Notes under the pieces: generated by a model
The model's input: the letters and a program-made list of their open reading frames with translations, nothing else
What the model was told of the DNA's origin: nothing
Database searches by the model: none
Made by a program: the position numbers and the translations under genes
In this document: positions 54,412 through 64,000 of the stretch, piece after piece
Numbering within the stretch: position 1 is the first letter of the stretch
How the letters are laid out: the number at the start of each line of letters is the position of its first letter
From: Longimicrobiales bacterium
GTDB lineage: Bacteria > Gemmatimonadota > Gemmatimonadetes > Longimicrobiales > Gaopeijiaceae
Reading direction: 5' to 3'
DNA length: 64,000 nucleotides
Assembly: GCA_963664435.2 (NCBI GenBank)
Contig: CAXXKM010000002.1
Span: 640,001-704,000 of the forward strand

Positions 54412-56067
54412 TCAGCGTCCGCCGGAACCAGCCGTCCGCGGCACATTCTCCCCCGGCAACGGCGGCGTGTGGACCGGATCCCGGCGCGCGCGCGTGGCCT
54501 GCTCGAAGGCGTAGCCGAGGGCGAACAGCCTGGGCTCGCTGAAGGCGCGTCCGAGGAAGGAAATCCCCACGGGCAACCCCCTTGGGGTGAACCCGGCCGG
54601 AACGATGAGGTCGGGGACGCCCGCCAGGCTCGCGATGTTGGTGCCGAGCATGCCGCCGAAGTGATTGACGGCGGAGCGCAGGGTCGGCGGGTTGGCCGAG
54701 GGAGGATAGACGATGGCGTCCAGGTCGTGGGCGTCCAGCATCCCGTGCACGATCGCCTGCACCATCGGGAAGCCGTGCTCCCGCATGGCTACGTACTCGA
54801 AGTCGGTGAGTTCGCCGCTGGCCTCCTCCTGCCTGAAGATGTTCCAGCGGACCGGGTTCGGGCGGGAACCGTCCGGCATCAGCGCGACGATCTCGTCCGA
54901 CCGCTCGATCATCTCCTGCAGCGTCTTGGGGTATTCGGGCCCGAGAGTCGCGAGATAGTCTTCGATCTGGGACCGGAACTCCGGATAGCGAACCGTAGTG
55001 TACCAATCGCCCTTCACGGCCAGAAGCCACGGCGGATAACGCACGTCCACGACAGTCGCCCCCTGGGCCCGCATGGTCTCGAGCGCCGCCTCCATGACCC
55101 AGGTGACGGATTCGTCGTCCCCCATCAGGTCGCGCGCGATCCCGATGCGGGCGCCCTCCAGTGCGCCGGCGTCCAGGAACTGCGTGTAGTCGGTCTCGAA
55201 TCGGCCGTCGCTCTTCTGCGTCGTAGGGTCGGCCGGATCGACGCCGGTCATGACCCCGAGCATCGCCGCGACATCGTACACGTGACGACCCATCGGACCG
55301 GCCATGTCGAGGGTGATGGACAACGGAATTACCCCGTCGTGACTCAACAGTCCGTGGGAGGGGCGGAGCGCGACGATGCCGTTGTCCGTCGCAGGTCCGC
55401 GAATGGAGCCGCCCGTGTCGGTTCCGACGCCCAGCTGGGCCATGGCCGCGGCGACGGCGATGCCGGCCCCGGTCGATGATCCGGAAGGCGTTCGCGCCGG
55501 GTCGTGGGGATTCTTGGGGAAGAAGTTGCCCACGGAGCTGAGGATGCCGCCGGACGCGAGCTCGCTCAGGGCGGTCTTGGCGAGCATGATCGCCCCGGCG
55601 TCGCGGAGCTTCTTCACGATGAACGCATCGTCGGGGGGGATGGCGCCGGCCAGCAGGGCCGATCCACCAGTGGTGGGCATGTCTCCCGTGTCGACGTTGT
55701 CCTTGAGCGCCACGGGGATGCCGTGGAGCGGGGACCGGGGCCCGCTCCGCCTGCGTTCCTCATCGAGCTCCCGGGCCCGGGCGAGCGCGTTCTCGTTCAG
55801 CCACAGCATGGCGTGAAGTTCGGGGCCGGCCTGGTCGTAGGCTTCGATTCGCGCCAGGCTCATCTCGATGAGCCGTTCCGAAGTCAGCTCGCCGGCATCG
55901 AACGCCGCGTTCAGGTCCTCGATGGTGGCCCATCCGATCCCGCTCGGCTCTGCGGGTGTCTGGGCCTGGGCCGGCATCACCGAGAAGAGAAGGGCAAGCA
56001 GCGCCGATCCGCGGCGGTGGACGAGCGACTGCGCGATGTGCGGCCGGGGGAGTATCAGGGCGAGCAT
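54412..56067 (-). CDS. Amidase-signature family enzyme with signal peptide
   Basis: PLHGIPVALKDN, PSGSSTG, GTDTGGSIRGPA; start 56067 after GGAGG (alternative 56082). Confidence 0.92.
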   Translation of the reverse strand: MLALILPRPHIAQSLVHRRGSALLALLFSVMPAQAQTPAEPSGIGWATIEDLNAAFDAGELTSERLIEMSLARIEAYDQAGPELHAMLWLNENALARARELDEERRRSGPRSPLHGIPVALKDNVDTGDMPTTGGSALLAGAIPPDDAFIVKKLRDAGAIMLAKTALSELASGGILSSVGNFFPKNPHDPARTPSGSSTGAGIAVAAAMAQLGVGTDTGGSIRGPATDNGIVALRPSHGLLSHDGVIPLSITLDMAGPMGRHVYDVAAMLGVMTGVDPADPTTQKSDGRFETDYTQFLDAGALEGARIGIARDLMGDDESVTWVMEAALETMRAQGATVVDVRYPPWLLAVKGDWYTTVRYPEFRSQIEDYLATLGPEYPKTLQEMIERSDEIVALMPDGSRPNPVRWNIFRQEEASGELTDFEYVAMREHGFPMVQAIVHGMLDAHDLDAIVYPPSANPPTLRSAVNHFGGMLGTNIASLAGVPDLIVPAGFTPRGLPVGISFLGRAFSEPRLFALGYAFEQATRARRDPVHTPPLPGENVPRTAGSGGR

Positions 56068-56154
56068 CTCGTGAACCTCCATTCATGGGCGTCCAAAGGC
56101 GTATCGCTAGAGGTACGCGGGCCTCCGCACGGCTGCAAGCGCCGACCCTGCGCG

Positions 56155-57567
56155 CTACCCCAGCCCCCAGGGACCCGGATCGGGAACCGGACGCCCCGCG
56201 CCGAGCGCGCGCTCCAGCCCGCCGGCGACCGTGAGCAGCGATGCGTCCCGGCCTTGGGGCGCGAGCAGTTGAAGCCCGAGAGGCATGCCTTCCGCGTCCC
56301 GGCTGGTGGGGAGGGCGATCGCCGCTGCGCCGAGGAAGTTGGCGGGCCGGAGGAAGGCCCCCAGTCCCGCGTGGCGCTCATCCTCCGGATCGAGGACTCC
56401 AGCGCTCTGATCCGAGCCGGGCATCAGCAGTCCGTCGGTGGCACCCATCTCCCGGGCGAAGCGCGTCCTGACCGCCCGTCTTCGGTCGAGCGCGGCCTCG
56501 TAGTCGGGTCTGGAGATGTCGCCGCCGGCCCGGATCCGTTCACGTATGACGCTCCACAGCGGCGTGGTCTCGTCCACGGCCAGCGCACCGTAGTGCCGCC
56601 AGGCCTCGAAGGCGAGGACAGTGGAGTTGTCCCGTCCCAGGCCAGTGAAGTCGAGGATGTGGGGTGGAGACCAGGCCTCCAGCGTCCAGCCCGAACCAGC
56701 GATGCGCTCCAGCGCCAGCCGCCAGTGCTCCGCCGCCTCCGGATTCATCGGGAAAGGCCACGCGTCCTCGGCCAGGACCGCGAGCGTGCGCGTGCCGGCG
56801 GGCATCGAGGGCCGCTGCGCGGTCAGCGTTACGGGATCGCCGAAGTCGGGTCCCGTGAGAACGTCGGTCATCACGCGAGCATCCTCCACCGTCCGCGCAA
56901 TGGGGCCCGGCACATCCAGCGTTGAGCTGAGCGGCAGGCAGCCGGCCCGGCTGATCAGGCCGGAGGAGGGCTTGTATCCCACCAGGTGGTTCAGGAGCGC
57001 CGGCGCGCGCACCGAGCCTCCCGTGTCTCCCCCGATCGCGATCGGCGCCAGACCCGCGGCGACGGCCACCGCGGAACCGCTGGACGACCCGCCGGGCGCT
57101 CGAACGTGCAGCGGATCCCACGGATTGCGGGCGGTCCCGCAGGTCGGGTTCTGTCCGGAGAGACCGAAGGCAAACTCGGTCATGGAGGTCTTTCCGAGGA
57201 CGACCATGCCGGTCGCGATCAGGCGCCGGACCACGGCGCTGGTGTGATCGCTGATGCAATCGGCGCGAGCCAGCGATCCCCCGGAAAGCGGCGTTCCCGC
57301 CCAGGCGAGGCTGTCCTTGACGGCCACCGGGACGCCGTGGAACGGTCCCAGGATGATTCCGGCGGAGGCAAGGGCGTCCGCCGCTTCTGCCAGAGCTTCG
57401 GCCCGCTCCGACGCCACGTGCGTGAAGGCCTTCAGCTCCGAGGCGCGTTCGATCCGGTCGAGAAAGAGGCGCGTGATGGTGCGGGAATCGGTCTCGCCGG
57501 CCCGGATGGCTCGGGCGAGTTCCCGGGCGCTGCGGAGGTGCAGCGGCGTCTCCGGCTCTGTCACCAT
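56155..57567 (-). CDS. Amidase-signature family enzyme (cytoplasmic)
   Basis: PFHGVPVAVKD, GGSSSGS, GGDTGGSVRAPA, GYKPS. Confidence 0.93.
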   Translation of the reverse strand: MVTEPETPLHLRSARELARAIRAGETDSRTITRLFLDRIERASELKAFTHVASERAEALAEAADALASAGIILGPFHGVPVAVKDSLAWAGTPLSGGSLARADCISDHTSAVVRRLIATGMVVLGKTSMTEFAFGLSGQNPTCGTARNPWDPLHVRAPGGSSSGSAVAVAAGLAPIAIGGDTGGSVRAPALLNHLVGYKPSSGLISRAGCLPLSSTLDVPGPIARTVEDARVMTDVLTGPDFGDPVTLTAQRPSMPAGTRTLAVLAEDAWPFPMNPEAAEHWRLALERIAGSGWTLEAWSPPHILDFTGLGRDNSTVLAFEAWRHYGALAVDETTPLWSVIRERIRAGGDISRPDYEAALDRRRAVRTRFAREMGATDGLLMPGSDQSAGVLDPEDERHAGLGAFLRPANFLGAAAIALPTSRDAEGMPLGLQLLAPQGRDASLLTVAGGLERALGAGRPVPDPGPWGLG

Positions 57568-57580
57568 ACGCGAGGAATCG

Positions 57581-58873
57581 TCAGTCCAGCGGCTGGCCGA
57601 CCTTCTCGGGCATCTGGACGAAGGTCACGAGCGAGACGACCGCGCCTGCCAGCACCACGAGAAAGAACGACTGCTCCCTGCCGATGCTCTGCAGCCAGGT
57701 GAGGAGGTAGGGCGTGAGCCCCCCCAGCAGAGCGACCGTCAGGTTATAGGGGATGCCGATGCCGACGGCCCGCACGTTGGCGGGGAACTGCTCCGACATG
57801 ATCGCCGGCGCGATGGAGGAATACATCGCGTAGAGCCCCAGGCCGAACAGTTCCAGCATGAGAATCGAACCGAAGGTCGGCTGGATCGCGGACATCAGGG
57901 GATAGAAGAGGACGAGGTAGCCGAGGGCGAAGAAGATGAGCTGGGGTTTGCGTCCGATCCGGTCGGAGAGTGCGCCGAAGACCGGCTGCAGGAGCATGAA
58001 CACGATGAGGCCGACGGTGTTGGCCGCGAAGGCCACCGAGGCTTCAGCGCCGACGGCGCGGATCGCGTATGTGGGCAAATAGGGGACGAAGATGTAGAAG
58101 GCGAAGGTCGTCAGCGTGGCGAACCCCACGATGCGCAGCAGCGCGACCGGATGCTCGCGCAGAAGAACCTGCAGCGGGCGCTTCACGACGTCCTTGCCGG
58201 ACGCGGCCGGCGATGCCTCGGGTTCGGGGACCGCCGCTCGAATCCAGAGGCCGATCAGCCCGCCGACCCCGCCGAGTATGAAGGGAACGCGCCATCCCCA
58301 GGTTCGCATCGCTTCTTCGGTCAAGGCCGTCGTGAGCCCCCAGCCGAGCGCCGAAGCCACGAGGATGCCGGCGGCCAGGCTGAAGAACACGAAGCTCGAG
58401 AAAAAGCCGCGACGGCTGGCGGGCGCGATTTCGGCGAGCAGGGTGGTGGCCGAGGCGTAGAGTCCGCCCAGCGACAGTCCCTGTACCAGACGCGCCGCGG
58501 TCAGGATGACGGGCGCGAGGATTCCCACCGAGGCGAACGTCGGGGACAGGCCGATCACCAGTGAACCGCCCGCCATCATGAGGATGCTCAGAACGAGCGC
58601 CGCCTTGCGGCCCCTGCGGTCCGCGAAGACGCCGATGATCCAGCCGCCGAGCGGGCGCATGATGAAGCCCACGGCGAAGATGCCGTAAGCGGCCAGCAGC
58701 GCGGTCGTCTCGTTCCCCGGCGGGAAGAACTGGCTGCTGAAGAAGATCGCGAACGTGGCGTACACGGTCCAATCGAACCACTCGAGCGCGTTCCCTACGC
58801 TCGCGGCTACGATGGCGCGGCGGCGCGAGGGAATTGAGGCGGGAGAGGAAGCGACCATGGGCGCGCCTGTCAA
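57581..58873 (-). CDS. MFS transporter, metabolite:H+ symporter (KgtP/ProP-like)
   Basis: GNALEWFDWTVY, MRPLGG..G.FADRRGRK, RLVQGLSLGG, WGWRVPF, SDRIGRKP. Start 58873 (TTG) or 58858 (ATG). Confidence 0.93.
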   Translation of the reverse strand: MTGAPMVASSPASIPSRRRAIVAASVGNALEWFDWTVYATFAIFFSSQFFPPGNETTALLAAYGIFAVGFIMRPLGGWIIGVFADRRGRKAALVLSILMMAGGSLVIGLSPTFASVGILAPVILTAARLVQGLSLGGLYASATTLLAEIAPASRRGFFSSFVFFSLAAGILVASALGWGLTTALTEEAMRTWGWRVPFILGGVGGLIGLWIRAAVPEPEASPAASGKDVVKRPLQVLLREHPVALLRIVGFATLTTFAFYIFVPYLPTYAIRAVGAEASVAFAANTVGLIVFMLLQPVFGALSDRIGRKPQLIFFALGYLVLFYPLMSAIQPTFGSILMLELFGLGLYAMYSSIAPAIMSEQFPANVRAVGIGIPYNLTVALLGGLTPYLLTWLQSIGREQSFFLVVLAGAVVSLVTFVQMPEKVGQPLD

Positions 58874-58878
58874 GGGAC

Positions 58879-58968
58879 CTGGTATGTCACAACAAACTGG
58901 TACGTCACAACAAACTGGTACGTCACAACAAACTGGTACGTCACAACAAACTGGTATGTCACAACAAA
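58879..58968. repeat. Tandem repeat, 5 x 18 bp CTGGTAYGTCACAACAAA
   Basis: Units start at 58879, 58897, 58915, 58933 and 58951; outer units have T and inner three have C at position 7. Confidence 0.97.
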
Positions 58969-59038
58969 GACGGCCCGTTCGCGGATGGTGGCACGAACGG
59001 GCCGCTTGTTCCTTCCCACGCGCAAGCGCGCGCGAGAA

Positions 59039-60841
59039 TCAGCAGAATACGCAGAGATGGTTGTTGATGGCGCCCATGCTATCGAGCAACTCGATCGTGT
59101 CGTAGAAAGGCGTCAGGCCATTCGCGGGACCGTTGGCCAGGTCGATGGTCGTTCGTCCCGACCGTCCCACGATAAGGGGATCGGCGCCGTGCTCGACGAG
59201 ATAGAGGATCACGTCGTTCATGCCGCGCCCCGCCGCGCCGTGGATGGTCCCGTAGCCGAGGTGGTCGCGAAGCGTGACGTCGGCGCCCAGTTCCTCGACC
59301 AGGTACTTCAGCGCGGGCAGCCATCCGTCCGGAACGTGCCGGTGGAAGTTGCCGGCGCGCCCCGCGCCTTCGCCGGAGTTTCCGGACGCCGCGTGAATCG
59401 GGTAGGTGCCGGGACCGCCCGGGGGAATGGGCGGAATTCCGGACTGGTCTTCCTCGGGTGCTTCGATTTCGAGGCCCACGTAGAGGTTTCCGGCCGGCGC
59501 CCTGGTCGGCATGTGAGGATCTGCTCCGTATTCCACCAGGAGCTTCATCGCGGGAACGTCGAGCCCGTGTGCCGCCCGCCAGAAGGGCGTGGCGCCCCAG
59601 GTGTTGACGCCGATCCCGCCGAAGTTGTACGCAAGAAACCAGTAGTCGAGGGTGAGCCGGGCATTGACATCGGCTCCGGCCTCCAGCAGGGCCCTCATCG
59701 TTTCGATGTGGCTCGACTCCTGCTGTTCGAATGCACGCTGCTGCGGATATCGGGACTTGGATGCCCAGCGGGTGTTGATGACCGCGTAGAGCGGCGTGAT
59801 GCCCGACGGATAGTTGGCGGTGTTCGGGTCGGCTCCGCGCTTCAGCAGCTCCAGGCCCAGGTCGTAGTGCCCGTTGATCATGGCGCTGTTGATGGGCGTG
59901 TTCAGGTCGCCGCCGCTGGGCTGATTGATGTCCGCGCCGCCTTCGAGAAGCGTGATGACAGCCTCGCGGTGACCCTCCCGCACCGCGTGCAGAAGGGCGG
60001 TCAGGCCGCCGTGGTAGCCGGCCCGCTCCTGTGAGGTCGGGGCTCTGCCGGCCGCCTGCGCCGAATCCCAGTCGATGCGCACCACCTCCGACGCCTCCAC
60101 CGGCGCTACCGCCTCATGGGCGCGCGTGGCCCGCAACGCTTCCTGGGTCTGGGCCAGGGTGGGTGCCCAGGTGTCCGGATCCGGTGACTTCGCCCTGTAG
60201 ATCTCGAGCACCGAGTCTCGCACCGCGGCCGTGAGCTTCTCCCGGTCCGCGAGATCCTGGAAGAGGACGACCTTGCTGGTGATGCCTGCGTCAGCTCCCC
60301 GGTCGATCAACGCCTCGATCACGGGAACGCGGTTGCGGGAGGCCGCGAACATCAGCGGGGTCTGGCCCCACCTGGCCTCTCGGGCGTTGACATCCGCCCC
60401 GTGATCGGCAATTGCGGCCACGGTTTCCACGCTCCCGGACATCGCCGCGAAGTGGAGAGGGGTGGTCCCGTTGGCGTTGCGCGACTCCGCGTTCGCGCCG
60501 GCTTCCAGCAGGGCGCGCACGGTACTGCTCCGGCCCAGCTCCGCGCCAATATGCAGCGGAGTGAGGTAGCCGATGCGGGTAGGGGCCTCAAGGTCGGCTC
60601 CCGCGTCGACGAGCAGCCTGACCACCTCCAGGTTGCCCAGTTCGGTGGCCCAGTGGAGCGCGGTCATGCCGTCGCTCTGGGCCATGTTCACCTCGGCGCC
60701 TTCTTGCAGCAGTGAACGCACTGCGTCGACGTCGTCGCGCATGGCGGCATCGGCGACGGGCGAGTCCGGCGGTGGCGTCGCCCAGAGGAGGGCGAGCATC
60801 GCCGCCGGCAGCCACACGTTCACATGAGCCCTGGCCTTCAC
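59039..60841 (-). CDS. Secreted ankyrin-repeat protein
   Basis: DGMTALHWA, TPLHIGA, TPLHFAA, GQTPLMFAA, GLTALLHAV repeats; GTG start at 60841; C-terminal CVFC. Confidence 0.9.
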   Translation of the reverse strand: MKARAHVNVWLPAAMLALLWATPPPDSPVADAAMRDDVDAVRSLLQEGAEVNMAQSDGMTALHWATELGNLEVVRLLVDAGADLEAPTRIGYLTPLHIGAELGRSSTVRALLEAGANAESRNANGTTPLHFAAMSGSVETVAAIADHGADVNAREARWGQTPLMFAASRNRVPVIEALIDRGADAGITSKVVLFQDLADREKLTAAVRDSVLEIYRAKSPDPDTWAPTLAQTQEALRATRAHEAVAPVEASEVVRIDWDSAQAAGRAPTSQERAGYHGGLTALLHAVREGHREAVITLLEGGADINQPSGGDLNTPINSAMINGHYDLGLELLKRGADPNTANYPSGITPLYAVINTRWASKSRYPQQRAFEQQESSHIETMRALLEAGADVNARLTLDYWFLAYNFGGIGVNTWGATPFWRAAHGLDVPAMKLLVEYGADPHMPTRAPAGNLYVGLEIEAPEEDQSGIPPIPPGGPGTYPIHAASGNSGEGAGRAGNFHRHVPDGWLPALKYLVEELGADVTLRDHLGYGTIHGAAGRGMNDVILYLVEHGADPLIVGRSGRTTIDLANGPANGLTPFYDTIELLDSMGAINNHLCVFC

Positions 60842-60849
60842 CGGACGCC

Positions 60850-62274
60850 TCAGCTCGAGGAAGCGGCGTCGGCGGCCAACCCGCCCGAGTATCCCAGGCT
60901 GAAGGCTCCGGTGCTGTCGCCGAAACTGGTGAGGTCGGTGTGCCCCAGCTTGTGCAGCAGGGTGAGCATGACGTTCGCCAGAGGCGTGCCTTCGGGCGCG
61001 TGCAGGTGCGCGTTGCCGTCCATCTGCCCGTTGGCCCCGCCCAGAACGATGAACGGCACCCTGAGGTGGTTGTGCACGTTCGGATCGCCCATCGGCGAGC
61101 CGTAGATGATCATGCTCTTGTCGAGCAGAGTTCCGTCGACTTCCTCGACCTTGTGCAGCTTCTCCATGAGGTAGGGGAGCATGCTGACGTGATAGTTGTT
61201 GATTACTGCGAAGTCGGCGATCGCCTCTTCGCTGTCCCCGTGGTGGGAAGCCGGGTGGAACGGGGTGTCGACGCCGCTCTCGGGGAAGGTGCGCGCCGAG
61301 GAGTCGCGCGACAGCTTGAAGGAGAACACGCGCGTCATGTCGGTCTGGAAGGCCAGCACCTGCAGGTCGAACATCATCTGCATGTGCTCGGTGAAGGAAT
61401 CCGGCACCCCGGCGGGCGCCTCCGGCATGTCGCGCGGATCGCCGCTGGTGTTGCGTTCCTCGACCATCTGGATGCGCCGCTCGATCTCGCGCACGTTCTC
61501 CAGATACTGGTCCATGCGCTGCCGGTCGCCGGGTCCGAGCGTTTGCCGCATCTGTGCCACCCGCTCCGCGATCCAGTCGAGGATGCTGCGGTTGGTGGAG
61601 CGTCGCGCGAGCCGCTCTTCCGCCGTCGATCCGGCCCCGAACAATTGTTCGAAGGCGACGCGCGGGTCGCGAATCACAGGGAGCGGCTCCGTCGGGGAGG
61701 CCCAGCTCAGCGAGTCCGTGTACACGCACGTATAACCGTACGCGCAGCCGCCGGCCTGGTTGATGTTCTCAATGCACAGCTGCATCGAGGGGATGGGCGT
61801 GTCCTGGCCGAAGCGGTCCGCGTAGATCTGGTCCAGCGAAGCGCCCACGTAGACGTCCGAGCCTTCCGTCTGCTTGACGTGCGCCTGCGTCAGGAAGGTG
61901 GCCGTGGAGCGGAAATGGTCGCCCCCGATCTCCTCGGGGATGAAGGCCTCGGCCATCTTTACGTCGGTGTTGCTGACGATGGTGAGGTACTTGCGCCACG
62001 GCTCCAGGCTGCGGAGGGAGGTGGGCGACAGGTCGAAGTCGCGGCCGATCGTGGAAGGGCTCCAGAAGTTCTGCTTCGCCCCCCACGTGGTGCAGCCGGC
62101 GGCCCCGTGCGACATCTCCATCGCGATCAGGCGCGTGGCGTCCAGCGCCCGAACCGCCTCCGCCCCTCCAAGACCCGCCGGGATCATGGAGTCCAGAAGC
62201 GGCAGGGCCACGGTCGCTCCCATGCCCTTCAGGAAGATGCGGCGCGGAATGTGCTTGCCCGTGATCAGTCTCAT
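60850..62274 (-). CDS. DUF1552 domain protein (Tat-like RR leader)
   Basis: RRIFLKGMGATVALPLLDSM, SLDQI, PRVAFEQLFG, SILD, AFQTDMTRV, HPASHH, GTLLD. Confidence 0.9.
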   Translation of the reverse strand: MRLITGKHIPRRIFLKGMGATVALPLLDSMIPAGLGGAEAVRALDATRLIAMEMSHGAAGCTTWGAKQNFWSPSTIGRDFDLSPTSLRSLEPWRKYLTIVSNTDVKMAEAFIPEEIGGDHFRSTATFLTQAHVKQTEGSDVYVGASLDQIYADRFGQDTPIPSMQLCIENINQAGGCAYGYTCVYTDSLSWASPTEPLPVIRDPRVAFEQLFGAGSTAEERLARRSTNRSILDWIAERVAQMRQTLGPGDRQRMDQYLENVREIERRIQMVEERNTSGDPRDMPEAPAGVPDSFTEHMQMMFDLQVLAFQTDMTRVFSFKLSRDSSARTFPESGVDTPFHPASHHGDSEEAIADFAVINNYHVSMLPYLMEKLHKVEEVDGTLLDKSMIIYGSPMGDPNVHNHLRVPFIVLGGANGQMDGNAHLHAPEGTPLANVMLTLLHKLGHTDLTSFGDSTGAFSLGYSGGLAADAASSS

Positions 62275-62403
62275 CGTCTTTCTCCCTCGGTACTGCGATG
62301 TGAGCTTCGCGTTCGGCGAAGCGACTCTGCTTGCTGTATCCGTCTCGCGCGATCCGGTGGTTGGGGCCTCTTGAGGGCTCGTTTCCCGGGATCGCGATCG
62401 CGG

Positions 62404-64000
62404 CTATCTGCTCTGCGCCTCCTCGACGACGACATCCGGCACCTGGCTGTAGCGAAAGGCGTCGCTCTCGATGACGCCCGTCAGGAAAGAGGACATCCGG
62501 TAGTCGTTGGCTTCGGCGGCCGCTACGATCGACCGGATCTCGGGCATGTCGTAGTACTCGACCCGCCGGCCGAGCGCGTAGGCCATCAGGTTCACCGTGA
62601 AGTTGCGAATCAGAGGAATGGGGCGCTTGAGGAGCGCTTCCTGGAGCGCAGCCGGGCTCTCCACCGGGGTGCCGTCCCAGAGAGTGCCCCGCGTGTCCAG
62701 CGGCATGCTGTTCTCGCGGATGCGCCACTTGCCGGTCACGTCGTAGTTGTCCAGCGCGAGGCCGATCGGGTCCATGAACTGGTGGCAGGCGGCGCACACC
62801 GGGCTGGCCCGGTGACGCTCCATGCGCTCGCGCGTAGTCAGCATGCGGCCGCCATCGCTGCTCTCGGTCTGATCGAGATCCGGAACGCCGGGCGGCGGTG
62901 GCGGCGGCGGCGTGCCCAGCATCACCTCCATCACCCACTTGCCGCGCAGCACCGGGGAAGTGCGGTTGGCGTGGGAGGTGAGGGTGAGGATGCTTCCGTG
63001 TCCGAACAGGCCGCGGCGCTTGTCGTCGGGGTACTGGACCCGCTGGAAGGCCTCGCCCGCGACGCCGGGAATGCCGTAGTGTCGGGCGAGCCTCTCGTTG
63101 ACGAACGTGTAGTCCGCCGTGAAGAGCTCGATGACGCTGCGGTCCTCCTGGACGATGTTGTTGAAGAAGAGTTCGGTCTCGGCGAGCATCGCATTGCCGA
63201 GCTGTTCATGATAATCGGGGAACAGCAGGCGGTCGGGGTTGACCTTCTCCAGGTCCTCGAGCCGCAGCCACTGGGCGGCGAAGCGCGAGCCGAGCGCCTG
63301 CGCGCGCGGATCGGCGAGCATGCGCCCCAGCTGTGCACGCAACGTGGCCGGATCGGAGAGCTGGCCCCGGTCGGCCAGTTCAACCAGGGTCTCGTCGGGC
63401 AGGGTCCCCCACAGGAAGTAGGAGAGCCGCGAAGCCAGATCGAGATCGGCGATGGGATACAGGTCGCCCGCCCTTGCCCCGGCTGGCGTTTCCTCGACCC
63501 GGAACACGAAGTCGGGGCTGGCCAGAATCGCCTGGAGCGCCGTGCGAACGCCGTCCTCGAACCCCTCTTCGGCCTTCAGGTCGTAGAAGGCCATCAGCGA
63601 CTCGACCTTGGAGGTATCCAGCGGACGCCGGAACGCTTTGCCGCCGAGGCGCTCCACGATTGCGCGGGCGCAGGGGCGTGCTTCGGCCGGAGACGACGGC
63701 ATGCAGCTGAAGATGGCGCGGCGGCTGGGCGTGTCCGAGATCCCGGTCGGGTTCTCGGGGCCCAGAATGACCAGGTCCTTGAGATGCGCCAGCACGGTGA
63801 TGCCGTAGCCGCTCCCGCTCCCGATTTTCCGGTCGCTGAGCGACCAGTCGTGGGGCGAGAGGATGTCCTCGACCGGTCCGTCCGTCTGTCGAATGAAGAC
63901 GGCGCTCACCCGATGCGGTCCCGCGGTCACATGGAAGGGCTCGGTCGTGAAGCTCATGCCGTTGGGATCGGCGACGTGCATCCAGCGATCCACCTCGAGC
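62404..64000 (-). CDS. DUF1592/DUF1588/DUF1585 (PSD) domain protein, 5'-truncated by window
   Basis: AFRRP, LASPDFVFR, LASRLSYFLWGTLPD, FAAQWL, TSPVLRGKWV, CAACH, AYALGR. Confidence 0.92.
   Translation of the reverse strand, partial: LEVDRWMHVADPNGMSFTTEPFHVTAGPHRVSAVFIRQTDGPVEDILSPHDWSLSDRKIGSGSGYGITVLAHLKDLVILGPENPTGISDTPSRRAIFSCMPSSPAEARPCARAIVERLGGKAFRRPLDTSKVESLMAFYDLKAEEGFEDGVRTALQAILASPDFVFRVEETPAGARAGDLYPIADLDLASRLSYFLWGTLPDETLVELADRGQLSDPATLRAQLGRMLADPRAQALGSRFAAQWLRLEDLEKVNPDRLLFPDYHEQLGNAMLAETELFFNNIVQEDRSVIELFTADYTFVNERLARHYGIPGVAGEAFQRVQYPDDKRRGLFGHGSILTLTSHANRTSPVLRGKWVMEVMLGTPPPPPPPGVPDLDQTESSDGGRMLTTRERMERHRASPVCAACHQFMDPIGLALDNYDVTGKWRIRENSMPLDTRGTLWDGTPVESPAALQEALLKRPIPLIRNFTVNLMAYALGRRVEYYDMPEIRSIVAAAEANDYRMSSFLTGVIESDAFRYSQVPDVVVEEAQSR

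Noticed and set aside
58879..58968. 18-bp array as CRISPR or as a coding repeat (SQQTGT / HNKLVR ORFs)
   Set aside because: Head-to-tail units with no spacers; the ORFs spanning it have no support outside the repeat.
60842..61729. 896-aa ankyrin ORF extension
   Set aside because: Overlaps DUF1552 in another frame; the signal peptide begins near GTG 60841.

Overview
High-GC bacterial chromosome segment that contains the replication-origin region. Gene content suggests Gemmatimonadota, possibly sponge-associated; this is inferred from gene content only. The left part has a molybdo-hydroxylase pair, bacilliredoxin, an argE/DUF1707/arginase operon, ferredoxin, PduO, an AAC(6')-like GNAT, DsbA, cyanophycinase, an AraC + BTAD/AAA regulator pair, an alkaline phosphatase, tRNA-Asn and a sigma54 two-component locus. 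The centre has pyrE, dnaN-oriC-dnaA, rpmH-rnpA-yidD-yidC-mnmE-mnmG, a duplicated parS, a small LAGLIDADG-like gene where rsmG often lies, parAB, an M23 peptidase, bactofilin and a second DnaA-box cluster. The right part has Nif3, lipA-pdhABC, msrA, an ENPP, a 17-tRNA array, DUF1295, an NHL/PAL-like lipoprotein, two amidases with an MFS transporter, and an ankyrin-DUF1552-DUF1592 module. Most striking observations: (1) an apparently complete ribosome-mediated attenuator (Trp/Phe-containing leader peptide, 1:2, 2:3 and 3:4 helices, U7 tract) directly abutting tRNA-Phe and tRNA-Trp; (2) a repeat family behind two tRNA-Ser genes whose ends are antisense and sense copies of the tRNA 3' end; (3) the parS-coupled LAGLIDADG-like protein; (4) a Bacillus-like DnaA-trio unwinding module; (5) a 5x18-bp tandem array upstream of the MFS-amidase operon. 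All family calls come from motif recognition by eye; no searches were run.
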